From positions 1 to 64,000 of the forward strand of contig NW_020844940.1 of the NCBI RefSeq assembly GCF_003704095.1: 64,000 nucleotides of DNA, written 5' to 3'. Below are positions 36,801 to 48,813 of this stretch, one piece after another. Source of the stretch: Pocillopora damicornis (Eukaryota). Numbering within the stretch: the first letter of the stretch is position 1; the number at the start of each line of letters is the position of its first letter. The notes beneath the pieces were generated by a model. The model was not told the DNA's origin. It did no database searches and worked only from the letters and a program-made list of their open reading frames with translations. Position numbers and translations under genes: made by a program.

Positions 36801-37644
36801 TTGAAAATGGTGGGGGCGGGGGTAGGGAGAGGAGTATCCGTGGAGGACCAGCTTAGCTGCTGGACCCTTCCCGGTTGCTGTAGCACAAGGTGAAGAGGAG
36901 TACTGGTACTCTCTTTCAGATGGGATGCTAGTCTACGGCGCGTTGCCCTCGGCATATTATCACGTTTCCTCGTTAATTTATTGGTGTTGGTACCCATCCG
37001 AACTTTTGTGTAAAGTAAATTGATTTTTCCAAGAACATTATGATATTGATTGTTAAACAAATCCTCACAGTCATTATCACAATAAATGTGGAGAGATCAC
37101 TGTGGAGAAATTGCGTACTGATGGTAGAGAATGAGCGTGACAAAGATATTTTACGTTTCGACCATGAAGTAACCTGAAGTACATCCGATCCATTGAGTCT
37201 TTTTGTTTATCTATTTATTTATTTATTTATGTATTTTTTTCAGTGGGTCATCCTCTGCTCTAAGAATCACTAAAATCGCAGGGGAGGTTGCTTCTCTTCA
37301 GATCTCTGAAGGAAATGATGCGTAAGTGTTTTAAATGGAGGCTGTGCAATATTGCAATGAGTATAATTTTGTGGTCTACTGATCAGAACGTACAAAGGTT
37401 GGGTATTTTCTTGTAACTTTGTCTCAGATTTTGCTTTTCTTTTTGGGGGAAGGTGAAGTCGTGTCAATCATTGTAACTGAGTGTCACTGTTTTCCATGTA
37501 CTTTATTTTAGGAAACCCCCCCGACCACAGAAGAAGACTCAGTTTGCCTCATCGTTTAATGAACTGAAACAGGTGCACAGAGGAACCAGGACAAACAGTT
37601 CAAGAAGCAGCTCCTCTGAAGGCAGACATGGGGAAGAACAATAG
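21852..37644 (+). CDS. Uncharacterised intracellular protein: N-terminal ARM/HEAT-like repeats, 3 fibronectin type III domains, Ser/Arg/Lys-rich disordered tail
   Basis: Phase-compatible GT-AG exons: 21852-22057, 23767-gap, ~24645-gap, 25278-25474, 26020-26098, 26544-26649, 27487-27570, 28277-28426, 28944-29063, 29423-29502, 29596-29662, 30194-30318, 30722-30793, 31068-31140, 33706-33768, 34205-34302, 34666-34756, 35415-35494, 35840-36014, 36581-36722, 37244-37321, 37512-37644. ARM-like: NASYVIGTLA, NAAFAIGRLC, NACFALSCIA. FN3: IIVSWDP..LTPNTKYSF, IMWEPPETSNGVLKGY, MISWESPPKPLGRINSY..LKPNTEY. Confidence 0.75.
26709..26872 (+). mobile_element. Degenerate tRNA-derived SINE, same family as 59192-59386
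   Basis: acatttttaatcctagcatcatgcatgacac...aatctaaaggtct...ggtttgattcct...gactcag aligns to the reverse complement of 59192-59386. Confidence 0.55.
26971..27134. repeat. Degenerate minisatellite of a palindromic unit ttggacac(ca)gtgtccaa
   Basis: Variants at 26972, ~27029-27052, ~27086-27113 and ~27115-27132. Confidence 0.6.
29909..30108. mobile_element. TTAA-MITE family copy
   Basis: ttaa-ccctt...aatttctccttaca...tgggagtggaaggg. Confidence 0.6.
36131..36279. mobile_element. ~150-bp MITE
   Basis: Imperfect TIR ggatcaagtcagtatctgagcaactgcgcacc vs ggtgcacagttgcccgtatactgacattgatcc. Confidence 0.65.
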
Positions 37645-39388
37645 ATGGATGGAGATGGAACAAAGAATCTTTAAACCATATGCTCAACCCCGGGGAGGGA
37701 CAAGAGGATAGGCACGGGTGGGCTGGGGGGGGGGGGGNNNNNNNNNNNNNNNNNNNNNNNNNNNNNNNNNNNNNNNNNNNNNNNNNNNNNNNNNNNNNNN
37801 NNNNNNNNNNNNNNNNNNNNNNNNNNNNNNNNNNNNNCAACTAAGAGCAGCGCACCACGACTCCAAGGGTTGTGTTACAGTACATACAAGCGGGCGCGCT
37901 TGACAGGGAGGACCGATTGGGGGTGGTGGAGAGCGTAAACTCCCTGTGAGAGAGGGGCTCAAATTTAAAGCTTATAAAATTTCCTAAATCCTTTTGGTAA
38001 AAAGCTTTGTGACGGCCATTGTATGTTACCGAAAAGTGTGCGCAAAATTAACCATGGGACTGCATGATACCTGATGCATTTACAAGCCTTACGTTGAATT
38101 TCCGCTTTCATTCCGAATACATCCTGGAAGAAACCGAAGTAGACTAAAGACGAAATATTTCAAGCAGCAACATATTTTGATCGTATAGACCGTTTTTTNN
38201 NNNNNNNNGGCTAATTTTGTATAGAGCTAAGAAATTAAATTGAATTAGATTTTTGATCTGTTTTTGTAAAGGAAAAAAAAAGATTTAAGTTATAGAGATG
38301 AANNNNNNNNNNAGATGAGAATTCTAAATTTTTCAAGTGTTTGATTTTCTTGTTATTCTAATAAAAGTTGCCAACGTTTGAAGTAAATTTTAAGAACCGC
38401 TAAAGTGTAAGGGTTAAATACTGTAAAGATTTAAAGGTCTGTTAGGCCTCATTTTAGGGTTTTTGGGTCCCAAAACATTTCTCAAGTCTGGGAATGGGGA
38501 AAGATGNNNNNNNNNNNNNNNNNNNNNNNNNNNNNNNNNNNNNNNNNNNNNNNNNNNNNNNNNNNNNNNNNNNNNNNNNNNNNNNNNNNNNNNNNNNNNN
38601 NNNNNNNNNNNNNNNNNNNNNNNNNNNNNNNNNNNNNNNNNNNNNNNNNNNNNNNNNNNNNNNNNNNNNNNNNNNNNNNNNNNNNNNNNNNNNNNNNNNN
38701 NNNNNNNNNNNNNNNNNNNNNNNNNNNNNNNNNNNNNNNNNNNNNNNNNNNNNNNNNNNNNNNNNNNNNNNNNNNNNNNNNNNNNNNNNNNNNNNNNNNN
38801 NNNNNNNNNNNNNNNNNNNNNNNNNNNNNNNNNNNNNNNNNNNNNNNNNNNNNNNNNNNNNNNNNNNNNNNNNNNNNNNNNNNNNNNNNNNNNNNNNNNN
38901 NNNNNNNNNNNNNNNNNNNNNNNNNNNNNNNNNNNNNNNNNNNNNNNNNNNNNNNNNNNNNNNNNNNATATTTTGTAGAAGTGTTTTCAGGAACCCTGGT
39001 TGTTTTGTATCATTACATACCATCCAAACTCAATTCTCCGTTACCTAGAGTTCAGGCATCCATTTCCTTCGAAAGTAATTATTTGTTTTTATTTGTTTTT
39101 CTTTTTTTTATGAGTGTGTGTAAAATGTACCATTCAAGTTCGCGTGCTTCGTTAGAGATTATAGTAGTCTCGTGGTGGCGACTTGGTTGTGATGTTGCTT
39201 GCGGCGAGACTGGTTACCCCCAGAGAATTCTGGGTCATAAAAATTCCAAAACGCGCGAAATCGAAACACAAGGGACATCTGGTCTAGAAGAGTTGTTGTA
39301 TGGCGTCGTCACCAGACGGTAGGCCTTTCAAATTATTAACAGTCTTCTTTTGAAAGCTAGAAGAATTAAAAGAAGTGAGGCATTAGCA

Positions 39389-41726
39389 ATGAACGGAGCG
39401 GTAATTCCTGGTACACCAATAGCAGTGGACTTTTGGAGATTGAGGCAGTGTCCACANNNNNNNNNNNNNNNNNNNNNNNNNNNNNNNNNNNNNNNNNNNN
39501 NNNNNNNNNNNNNNNNNNNNNNNNNNNNNNNNNNNNNNNNNNNNNNNNNNNNNNNNNNNNNNNNNNNNNNNNNNNNNNNNNNNNNNNNNNNNNNNNNNNN
39601 NNNNNNNNNNNNNNNNNNNNNNNNNNNNNNNNNNNNNNNNNNNNNNNNNNNNNNNNNNNNNNNNNNNNNNNNNNNNNNNNNNNNNNNNNNNNNNNNNNNN
39701 NNNNNNNNNNNNNNNNNNNNNNNNNNNNNNNNNNNNNNNNNNNNNNNNNNNNNNNNNNNNNNNNNNTTGGGAAAATCCTCTATACCGGGGATTTTCGTCA
39801 TTGTGAACGCATAGCAACACATTCTGCCATTAACAGAAGAGTATTTGATGTGCTGTATCTTGACAATACTTACTGTGATCCCAATTGTATTTTTCCTTCT
39901 CGTACTGAAGCAACTNNNNNNNNNNNNNNNNNNNNNNNNNNNNNNNNNNNNNNNNNNNNNNNNNNNNNNNNNNNNNNNNNNNNNNNNNNNNNNNNNNNNN
40001 NNNNNNNNNNNNNNNNNNNNNNNNNNNNNNNNNNNNNNNNNNNNNNNNNNNNNNNNNNNNNNNNNNNNNNNNNNNNNNNNNNNNNNNNNNNNNNNNNNNN
40101 NNNNNNNNNNNNNNNNNNNNNNNNNNNNNNNNNNNGAAAAATAATGAAATAACTAGGAAGAACATGCAGGCTTGGAACTCTGAAGAACCAACCATTGCTA
40201 TTTTACCAACATGCCTTTATGTTGGTGGGAAAAACCCCTTTGNNNNNNNNNNTAATGTTTTTGTAGTTCCATACTCTGATCATTGTTCTTTTGAAGAGCT
40301 GCAAAAGTTTGTTCAGGTTGTCAAGCCGAGGAGAATCATTCCGATTGTGCATAAACACAGACTGTCACAAGGGGAAACNNNNNNNNNNNNNNNNNNNNNN
40401 NNNNNNNNNNNNNNNNNNNNNNNNNNNNNNNNNNNNNNNNNNNNNNNNNNNNNNNNNNNNNNNNNNNNNNNNNNNNNNCCGAGGAGAATCATTCCGATTG
40501 TGCATAAACACAGACTGTCACAAGGGGAAACTATAAATACTAGAGTGAACATGCATGTCTTCCAATCTTTGCTGGATTATTCTCCATTACAGAAGTACAG
40601 GATCCCTCATTCTGTAACATGCTTCATGAGTTCCATAGCACAGCAGCCCAAGAAGACAAAGGCAAGAGGTCAGCTCTTTACAAGAAAGGCTGCTAAGATC
40701 AAGAAACCTCAAGGGGTAGTCTTTCCTACCAGTCCTGGGGAAAAAGTAGAGAAAGATGAAAAGTGTGGGTTAGACACAGGCAATACAGAGTGTAGTCCTT
40801 CCAAAGAGGTCCCAAGAGATCAGAGAAGTCCAGTCACAGCTGAAGACCTCCAAAAAGGGGGAATGTCAGATAAACCAGTACTCAGTATAAGAGAAGAGAC
40901 CACAGAAGATGAAAATAAATTAGCCTCATCAATAGACAACAAATCAAGCTCATCTGACAATGACAAGATAGAAAGATCAAACAAAAGTGCTCTCAATTGT
41001 GAAGACACTAATTCCAAGGAACAGATGATCACAGAAGATGAGATCAGTACTATTGTTTCACCAAACATAGAATGTGGCAAAATTGGCAGTGAACCACAAG
41101 GAATGTCAGAAGTGGATATTGATTACTTTGATGTAATCATCCCTGCCAATGAAGTCAATCTAGTTGCCTCCTCCACCATTGAACCTTTCATGTCCGGTAG
41201 CAAACCTGAAGGAAACCTGCATCTCACTGATGTTTCCAATGGAGAAGGTTTTCAGTGTGAAAGTATGGTCCAGGAGACAAGTGGAAATGAAAATAGTTTG
41301 GTTGATTTGTCATCAGGCAGAAAAGACTTAACAGAAAGTCAAGTGCAAGAGGAACCCAAGGTTTTTTACAGTGTGGATGTTAATAGGGTTAAACACATTA
41401 CATCTACTTCAGCCAACAAAACCAAGTGTTTGTTTGATGAACATTTGAGTTCCCCCAAGGAAAATATTTCCAACTGCAAGATCAAATGCAAGGATGCGAA
41501 TGACAATAATGCATTTACTTCAGCAAAGAATCTTTCCTTGAAGAATCACTCTCTGAAAAGGAAGTTTAAAGATATTGATACTAACAGCTGTGAGAAGGTC
41601 ATCAATGGAGTTGACAGTCATAGATCAAACATGGAAAAATTCAACATTTATACTGGATACACTTGTGATTTTGCAAGAAAGATACTCGAAGATTTGGTTG
41701 AAACTGCACCTTCAAAAGATAAGTAA
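39389..41726 (+). CDS. DCLRE1B: 5' exonuclease Apollo / SNM1B (metallo-beta-lactamase, beta-CASP)
   Basis: The N-terminus MNGAVIPGTPIAVDFW matches the Apollo start. Motifs ILYTGDFRH, LYLDNTYCDP, PTIAILPT and VPYSDHCSFEELQKFV are present, followed by a long disordered C-terminus. Interrupted by N gaps; no introns visible in the sequenced parts. Confidence 0.92.
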
Positions 41727-41864
41727 CTGAATGCCGATTAGACATTCATTGGACATGATTACCCCAATTCATATTATGCATCTAGTTGTGTTTAAAATGT
41801 CATTAAACTTAATGAAGTAAAGAAAAACCTGCACAGTCATCACTCGACATGGTTTACCTGTTAA

Positions 41865-42068
41865 CCCTTTAAACCCCACAGATCTGATGTTAATTCTCCC
41901 CTATAGCTACAACACATTTCATTGTAACTAAGTTATGAGAATTTGGCGTTAGATCAAGACAAAAACCTGTACTTGATAAATTTGAGAATTCTCATCATAT
42001 CTTTGCTGGATAAGGTATGGACATTATAGGGAGACGTAACATGTTAATCACTCCTGGGAGTTAAAGGG
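41865..42068. mobile_element. TTAA-MITE family copy with intact TTAA TSDs
   Basis: ttaa|ccctttaaacccca...ctgggagttaaaggg|ttaa. Confidence 0.8.
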
Positions 42069-43726
42069 TTAACACCCCTGTGATGATCTCAACCCTTCTA
42101 CTCCCAAGATCTGTGCACAAACCTATGTTATTGTGTGCCACCCAGTCTTAACAATGTTTGTTTTGAGAATCTGGTTTTAAATCTAGCTATTTCCCCTGTT
42201 TATATTGTGCACTAAGGGTGACTTGGTATTGTGGCAGAAGTGAATTTTCAAACCACAATCCTGCACCCTAAATAAATTTTAAACAAGTTTGTTTATTTTT
42301 CTAAGTTGAGTGGAAGCTAGGTGTTTTCTTCATTAGCACATGCACTTGCAAAGTTTCAATCCTTTGAAAAACTTAAGGTAAAGAAAATTATAGAAACAAT
42401 TAATCAAAGTAACTATTGTTAGAGTTATTGTACAATTATAGCAGCATCAATGTTTATATTTTTGTTGATTGAAATTCCCAAAGTGTGATTAAGGAAAACC
42501 CTTGTCAATTATATTACCAGAGGGGGCTCTGAGTAGTGCCTTTCTTTTACTTATTTCTTGCAAGTGACACAAGTGTTGGAGTGAAATACAAGAAAACTTT
42601 GGCAAAATAACTTTGCTTGCAGTCTGACTTTACTGTTGTTTTACTTGCATGAATGCCTTATTGTGTTGTAGGGATTCCAGATCAATTGGAGTTTGCTTTG
42701 TTGCATAATGAAACCAACCAGTGCTCTTTGTAAGCCACTGTCTTACTGACTACATATTTCTCAATGACCAGCAACTTCAATAGGACAACAAGTGTCTTGA
42801 ACTGTAATATGTTTTAGCTTCTGCTTTATTTACTAGATATGTAACCAAAAAGTTTGATTAAAACTGAGGAGCAAGGAATAATTAAAAAAAATAGGAATTG
42901 GCTGTGTCCTTTGGACACTCAGTTTTTTCCTGCTAGCCATTGTCTTCATATGGCTGGCTACATGGCAAGGGAGAGAAAAATAAACTACAACAAAATCTGA
43001 ATGAAATCACTTTGGCAACTATGTATTTAATTGTTTCCTTTTGAATGAAAAATACAAAAGTGGCAGTTCTTTTCACCTTCATTTTAGAGTGTCTAAAAGA
43101 ATGTCCCAGATAAAAGTGCCAAGAAAGGATAACTTCCCATAGCTTCCTTGGCTTTTAATTCTCATGCCCGACCAAGACAGAATTTCTCCCTACAAATCAA
43201 TACAATAACAAGCAGAAAAGTAATAAGAATAAAGAAATGTATTAACAAGGGGTTCATCAGTTGGTCCAGTACCAAATGCTCCTAAATAACATCACGAGAA
43301 TTGAGTGGCAGACAGTAAGGAGAATAACTAGTGAGATCTTGTGGGTGAAAGCTTTAAACATTTTTGTAAAAGTCTAACAACTATGAACATGAGGATTTGT
43401 GTGAAAATGTTATCATGCTCCCCAAAAAATGTTCAGTGTAACTAGGTGTGAGACAACTAAACCATAATCAACTGGTAACCAGGTTGTGGATTTGAGGATT
43501 GTTTGCTTGTCCTGAACTTACTTGGAATTGATTAGCAGGCAACTAACCTGTCACAGTCAAATTGAAGGTTTTCACAGTTTTCAGAGTTTCGAGCTAGACC
43601 AGCAGTCACTTTGCCTGCTGCCCCATCTTGATTAATGTATGACAAGGAGTTCATTTTCCCATCAGTGCAAAAAACTAAAGCAAGTGATGGGCTGAGACAT
43701 AAGTTGGTTTTGTCTCTACTGCCTTT

Positions 43727-43929
43727 TTCCACTTCTCAAAGATCTGATTGTTAATTCTCCCCTCTAACTGGAACACATTTTCTTGTAAACAAGTTACAAG
43801 AATTTGGTATAAGATCAAGATAACCTTTACCTGACAAGTTTGAGTATTCTTATGACCCGTTTGTTGGATGATGTATGGATATTATAGGAAGAAGTTGAAT
43901 GTCAATCACTTCCAGGAGTTAGAGGTTAA
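43727..43929. mobile_element. TTAA-MITE family copy
   Basis: gatctgattgttaattctcccctcta...caggagttagaggttaa is similar to 41865-42068. The left boundary is approximate. Confidence 0.65.
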
Positions 43930-44075
43930 AAGAACTCCTGATCACACATAGTTGCTAATTTAAAGTTAATCTAACACAAGCCACCAATCTATATTTTATT
44001 TGCTATATTTTCATTTAAGTGGTTCAACGTTCATTTCATGGTATAAAACTGTCCTGGGGTATGAAGGTTGTACAC

Positions 44076-47000
44076 TTATTTTAAGTATGCTGTAACCTCC
44101 TTTTTGAGATTTGAAATTTCTTCTGACAATGGCAATTGATCAGGATTAAGAAAGAAATTTTCCAGTTGAACAATTTCCTTAAGTTGTAAATAAGCCAATT
44201 GCTCATTTGTCCGCTTAACAAATGAGTAAAACTGTTCACTATACAGAAGATCCATTGGAATAATCTCAACAACATCAAATGCTGATTTCTCCTGGTCCAG
44301 TTTTGAGAGCTGATCAAAAACCTGTGCAAGATAGGTTATGTAATGTTCAACATCACTGAGAAATCCTTTGCATACCAGAAACCTCTGTGGGCTGAAAAGA
44401 TGTGACACCACTGGTTTAACAATGGCTAATTTATCAAACACCTGGTGCAATATAAACAAAATTCCGACACTGAACCTTGTCAGTGTCTGGTGAAAGTTAA
44501 GGACAAACATTCCTCCACTTTCTAAAAGCCTCAGAGCAACTATGCAAAGATAAACCATCTCTCGTTTTGAACTCAACTCATCAGTGTGGCTGAAATTGGC
44601 AAAGACAAGGTTTACTCTCTGGGAGTTACAGAGAGTTTCATTGTTAATAGCTCCATGAGGTGTTCCACTTTCTGTTGACATGTGTAACCAAATGGAGTTG
44701 AATCTTGCACTCTTCTCTTGTAAGTATTGTTCTAAGGAGTATGGGCCACTGACAAGATTCAGCACAATTCCATAATTTTCACCCTTTGCCATTTCTGAAA
44801 AGAAAACAAGATTATCAAGATTTCGCAGTTCTGCTTCCCCTCCACTTGCCATCTTGACAATGTTTGAAGGATTCACTTTGTCCAAAAGACCTCCGAGATT
44901 GTCAGCATTTTCTCCTCTTAGAATTGCTGCCTGTTGATGTGCCTCCTGCAACTTGCTAATGTAGATTGGGGTGCAGAAACGTGAATTCAAAATGGCCAAA
45001 AAACGAGCTGCAGTCTTAGGTTTCCAGCTCTCTGGTGAAGAACTCTTTGTCCTTGGTAACCATACAACTTGATCATGAGAAAGTGGAATAAGAGGGACGC
45101 TGCTACTGACTTGAGAAAGGTCTGCAACAAGATCGGAAATATGTTTATGAAACAAATTATCAAAAAATTTATCTTCCTCTCTGTCTTGTTTCATAGACAC
45201 TTGAAGGCTGTTTGTGAAAGATTGGAATGTGTGGCATACCAAATAATTGTGGGTCATGGTCATTTTTTTGTTATGAAATTCAGCAAAAAAAAAAAAAGAA
45301 AAAATAATAGGCCTCAACAACACATCCCTTCAGGGGATAATTTACAGAATTTGTAGTTGTTTTTCCCCAACAACCACAAGCGATTTATTTAGGAATTTAA
45401 AGATAGGCTATCAGGTACTAAGCCTGAAATGAGATAAATTGTATTCCTTGGTTACAGATGAATATAGGCTCATCAGTACCACGGTAATAACAATGTTACC
45501 AAATTGTAGAACTGTAAATTTTTTTTCCAGTTATTTGACTGGTGTTCCAAAATGAATAGATTTTGGTAAATCACAGAATGCATTTATACAAGTCATGCCA
45601 TTGGATTTTGGGCTCAGTAATTTGTATGGGGCTATGCTTGGGCTTTCAATTGAGAAAATTAGTCTAACATTATTAAGACATTTTAGGTGGTTGCCTAATT
45701 TTACAGTTTGAAAAGTTACCTCTCCTAAGTAAAACTTGTAATACAGCAGGTCTGAAAGTGCTCTTCTGAGAAATGTCCACAACATAACCATTTTTTGATA
45801 AGGTCTTGAAAAAAATACAATAGTTTACATAGGTTGCTTCAATCAAGGAAATGAAAAACCCATCACCCTACCTTGCAAAGTTCTGGAATGAGATGGACAA
45901 AATTTTAACTGACTATCAACTTTGATTTTGTCCAGCCAGTTCTGGTGAAGATTTCCTTGTCTCTGGTTATAACTTCCCCTCTGACGTGTACCAGCAAAAG
46001 TCTCAGCAAAAGGGACACAATTTGTGGGCCCTCTGTTGAAGCTTAACTGTGTCCCATCTAAGCTGGTACTCATTACTATATGCTCCTCTTCACTGATTGG
46101 CTGCAAGTGGAATTTTTCTACATAGTTTTCCACCACAAGCTGACGAAGTTGATTGTGTGCCTTTCTCTCTGCAGAAGTCATGTAGTGGAACTGTTGAATG
46201 TTCAGATCAATGGCTTCCATTTGAAGTCCTGTAAAGTACTTCTGGCATGTTCTCAATCTCTCCAGAAAAGTGGTGGGAATTGATTGTAAAGAAAAGAGGC
46301 TTGGTAATGGGCAGTGTGGAGTGAAAGCCTTTCTCAGTTCTTCTAAAATGCAACTTGGAATTTGCTGTTCTCCAATAAATCGGAGGCATACAATATATAC
46401 TTCTGAATTACCAGATTTACTAGTACCTAGAAGAAAACAATGAAATAATTTGTTCCTCTTCAAAACTTTTTTTTGGTAAAACTTGATATATTTCAATGTT
46501 TCGATTGTTCAAAATAAGTATGGGGTGTCTTAAGTTAGAGGAGTCTAGGTAAGATTTTCCATTAACCCCTTAACTCTCAAGAACTCATTTTTAATTCTCC
46601 CCTCTAGCTTCTACTCATTACCTTGTAATTAGTTTTGAGAATTTGGTGATAGATCAAGAACATCATTTCTACCTGACAGTGTCTAATTTGAGTATTCTCA
46701 TTACCAGTTTGCTAGGTAATGTGAGGATATTATAGGGAGAAGTTATATGTTAATCACTTCTGGAAGATAAAGTGTTAGGGAGTTCCCAAGTCAGTGTCTA
46801 ACGGGGTTTACCACCTTTTCTCACTATGACACAGAAGGTATCCCATACAACTCAGTAGATCTCTCCTATAAGCTGCGCAATGAGTTATATACATGTTCCT
46901 ACCTGGTTTAATGACTTGTATTTCTTGAAAAACACAAGTAAGAAGATACATCAGAGAAACTACTTGATGCTCAAATGCAGTGAACATTTTGAACACAAGC

Positions 47001-48595
47001 TGCGCAATGAGTTATATACATGTTCCTACCTGGTTTAATGACTTGTATTTCTTGAAAAACACAAGCAAGAAGATACATCAGAGAAACCATTTGATGCTCA
47101 AGTGCAGTGAACATTTTGAACACAAAGTTTCCTCCTTGGCAAAGTAGGTTCATAGCAGCTACTGCCTCACAGAAGATTAATTGCCCCACAAGACTTTCTT
47201 GTTCATCGGGTTGATTAGCACAATTAATACTGCCATCTGCTGTCACCTGAAGAGTGACAAAACCGACCCAAAGAGAAGTATTATTAGACTGTAACTGGTC
47301 TCTTTATTTTTCAATTGAACAGTCAAGATGCCCTATGAAGCAACTGTTCCCTGAGCCCAGGAGATGTGGAGCAAATATTTAACTGGAGAGCTTAAACCAG
47401 ATTGTTGCAGAAGTACCTTTGGGGTCTAAAGAATGTGTAATAGGTGGTGGTGGGGGGAGGGTGCCAAAAGACCAGAAAAGATCCATAGTAAGAATCTTAC
47501 AAACTCAAGTCAAAATTTTGATACATTAGTTAAAATGAAATACATAGAGAATGTTTTCTTTTTTCAGGTTTTTGATTTTGATTGTCAAACCCTCCCACTG
47601 AAATCATGTAACTAAGTTTCACTCATAGACCTTCATTTGTAAAATATCAAAAAATGTTACAGCTCTGGTAAAAAGATTAGGAGACATTCCACCTTCCACC
47701 TAACATGAAGACATAAATAACTAAAATCAGTGGCATATCAAATTCATGTATCTGGGCCTCTGATCTCAAACAGTTTCCAGAATCTCACCCTTAAGTGCCC
47801 AAATTTACACAAACTGGCTGGAGCTACATTATCACAATGAAACCTTCAATCGAAATAATTTAAAGAAAATAAATCATTGTTAGACAACACAAGAGGACTC
47901 TTATGACTTTTCCCTTACCAAGTGACTTTCACCTGTCTCCTGTTTAAGAGAATCCAGATTAGCCAGATTCATCAAGTCTCCAGTTCCATCAACACCAAAA
48001 TTCCAATGCGACAATGTTTTTAATAATAAACCTGTCATCATCCAGCATGGCTTCCAGGTCATTTCCTTCGTAGTAAGGATTCAGAGTATTAGCAACCCAC
48101 TGCCAATCCATACCGTTGTAATGGCTCTTCAAAAAGTGATTCAAACTTGCAACAAAAGCTCCAGGGGCCTCACAGAGGTGCACAGAGCGAAATTTTTCAC
48201 TCCTTTGTGCATCCTCTGGGATAAGATCAAAGGTGTTTAAGATTTCGTAGAATTTTAGTCCAGGCCTGTGTACACATCTCTGCATTGAAGTTCTCTTTGA
48301 GGTGCTTCACGACAAGACCGGCTTTATGAGTTCTACGGGTGTGCAAATGCCATTTGACAATATCCATATCATTCAGCAAACTCTTCTTCCGATTCAAATC
48401 ATCTTTTAGCGAGATCAGGTCGGCTAGAATGAATGGTGGTTCTTGAAACATCGTAGACGAATGCGGAAGTTTCCATGCTTCCTCGTTTGATTTTAAAACA
48501 AATTTTTTGTTAAACAAGGCTTCTATTTCCTCTTGGAAGTTGAAAAAATCGTGTGCATGACGCTTTTGGTACTTTCGTCGTTTCTTAGACGCCAT
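44076..48595 (-). CDS. CMTR2: Cap-specific mRNA (nucleoside-2'-O-)-methyltransferase 2 (FTSJD1); two apparent frameshifts in exon 1
   Basis: Motifs AEMCTQAW-K-FYEIL, SVHLCEAPGAFVASLNHFL, ANTLNPYYEGND, VTADGS, FVFKMFT and KPGTSKSGNSEVYIVC give the K-D-K-E tetrad. A C-terminal second Rossmann-like domain follows (TLTRFSVGILFIL, RFLVCKGF). Exons 48595-47919, 47246-47030, 46426-45872, ~45199-44076. Confidence 0.92.
46566..46778. mobile_element. TTAA-MITE family copy in a CMTR2 intron
   Basis: ttaa|ccccttaactctcaa...aatcacttctggaagataaagtgtta. Confidence 0.65.
46870..47123. repeat. 127-bp tandem duplication covering the 3' half of CMTR2 exon 2 and its donor site
   Basis: 46870-46996 vs 46997-47123, 4 mismatches seen. 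Confidence 0.9.
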
Positions 48596-48813
48596 TGATA
48601 ACGATTAAGATGAACAAAAGACGTTCAAAAGACTACGAAGTGGCCTACATGCGAACCGAAAGCAGCCATATTGACGGACCACTACCGAAAAGACTGGGAT
48701 CTAATCTCTAGACACTCTATGATGACAGTGTGGAAGAGTAATTATTTGCAATTATTCCGCTGTCCCGTTTTAGTTTTGTAATTTAATTGATCGCTGAACA
48801 GAGCTAGGCTAAC
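48596..48813. promoter_or_regulatory. Putative bidirectional promoter shared by CMTR2 and KDM8
   Basis: Divergent start codons only 218 bp apart; the interval contains several CpGs. Confidence 0.65.

Noticed and set aside
40326-40531. Repeated PRRIIPIVHKHRLSQGE in DCLRE1B
   Set aside because: An identical ~50-bp sequence on both sides of a 100-N gap is an unmerged contig overlap, not a real repeat.
45531-45791. Extra CMTR2 exon
   Set aside because: It has an acceptor-like site but ends in a stop and lacks CMTR2-like motifs; the flanking exons join in phase without it.
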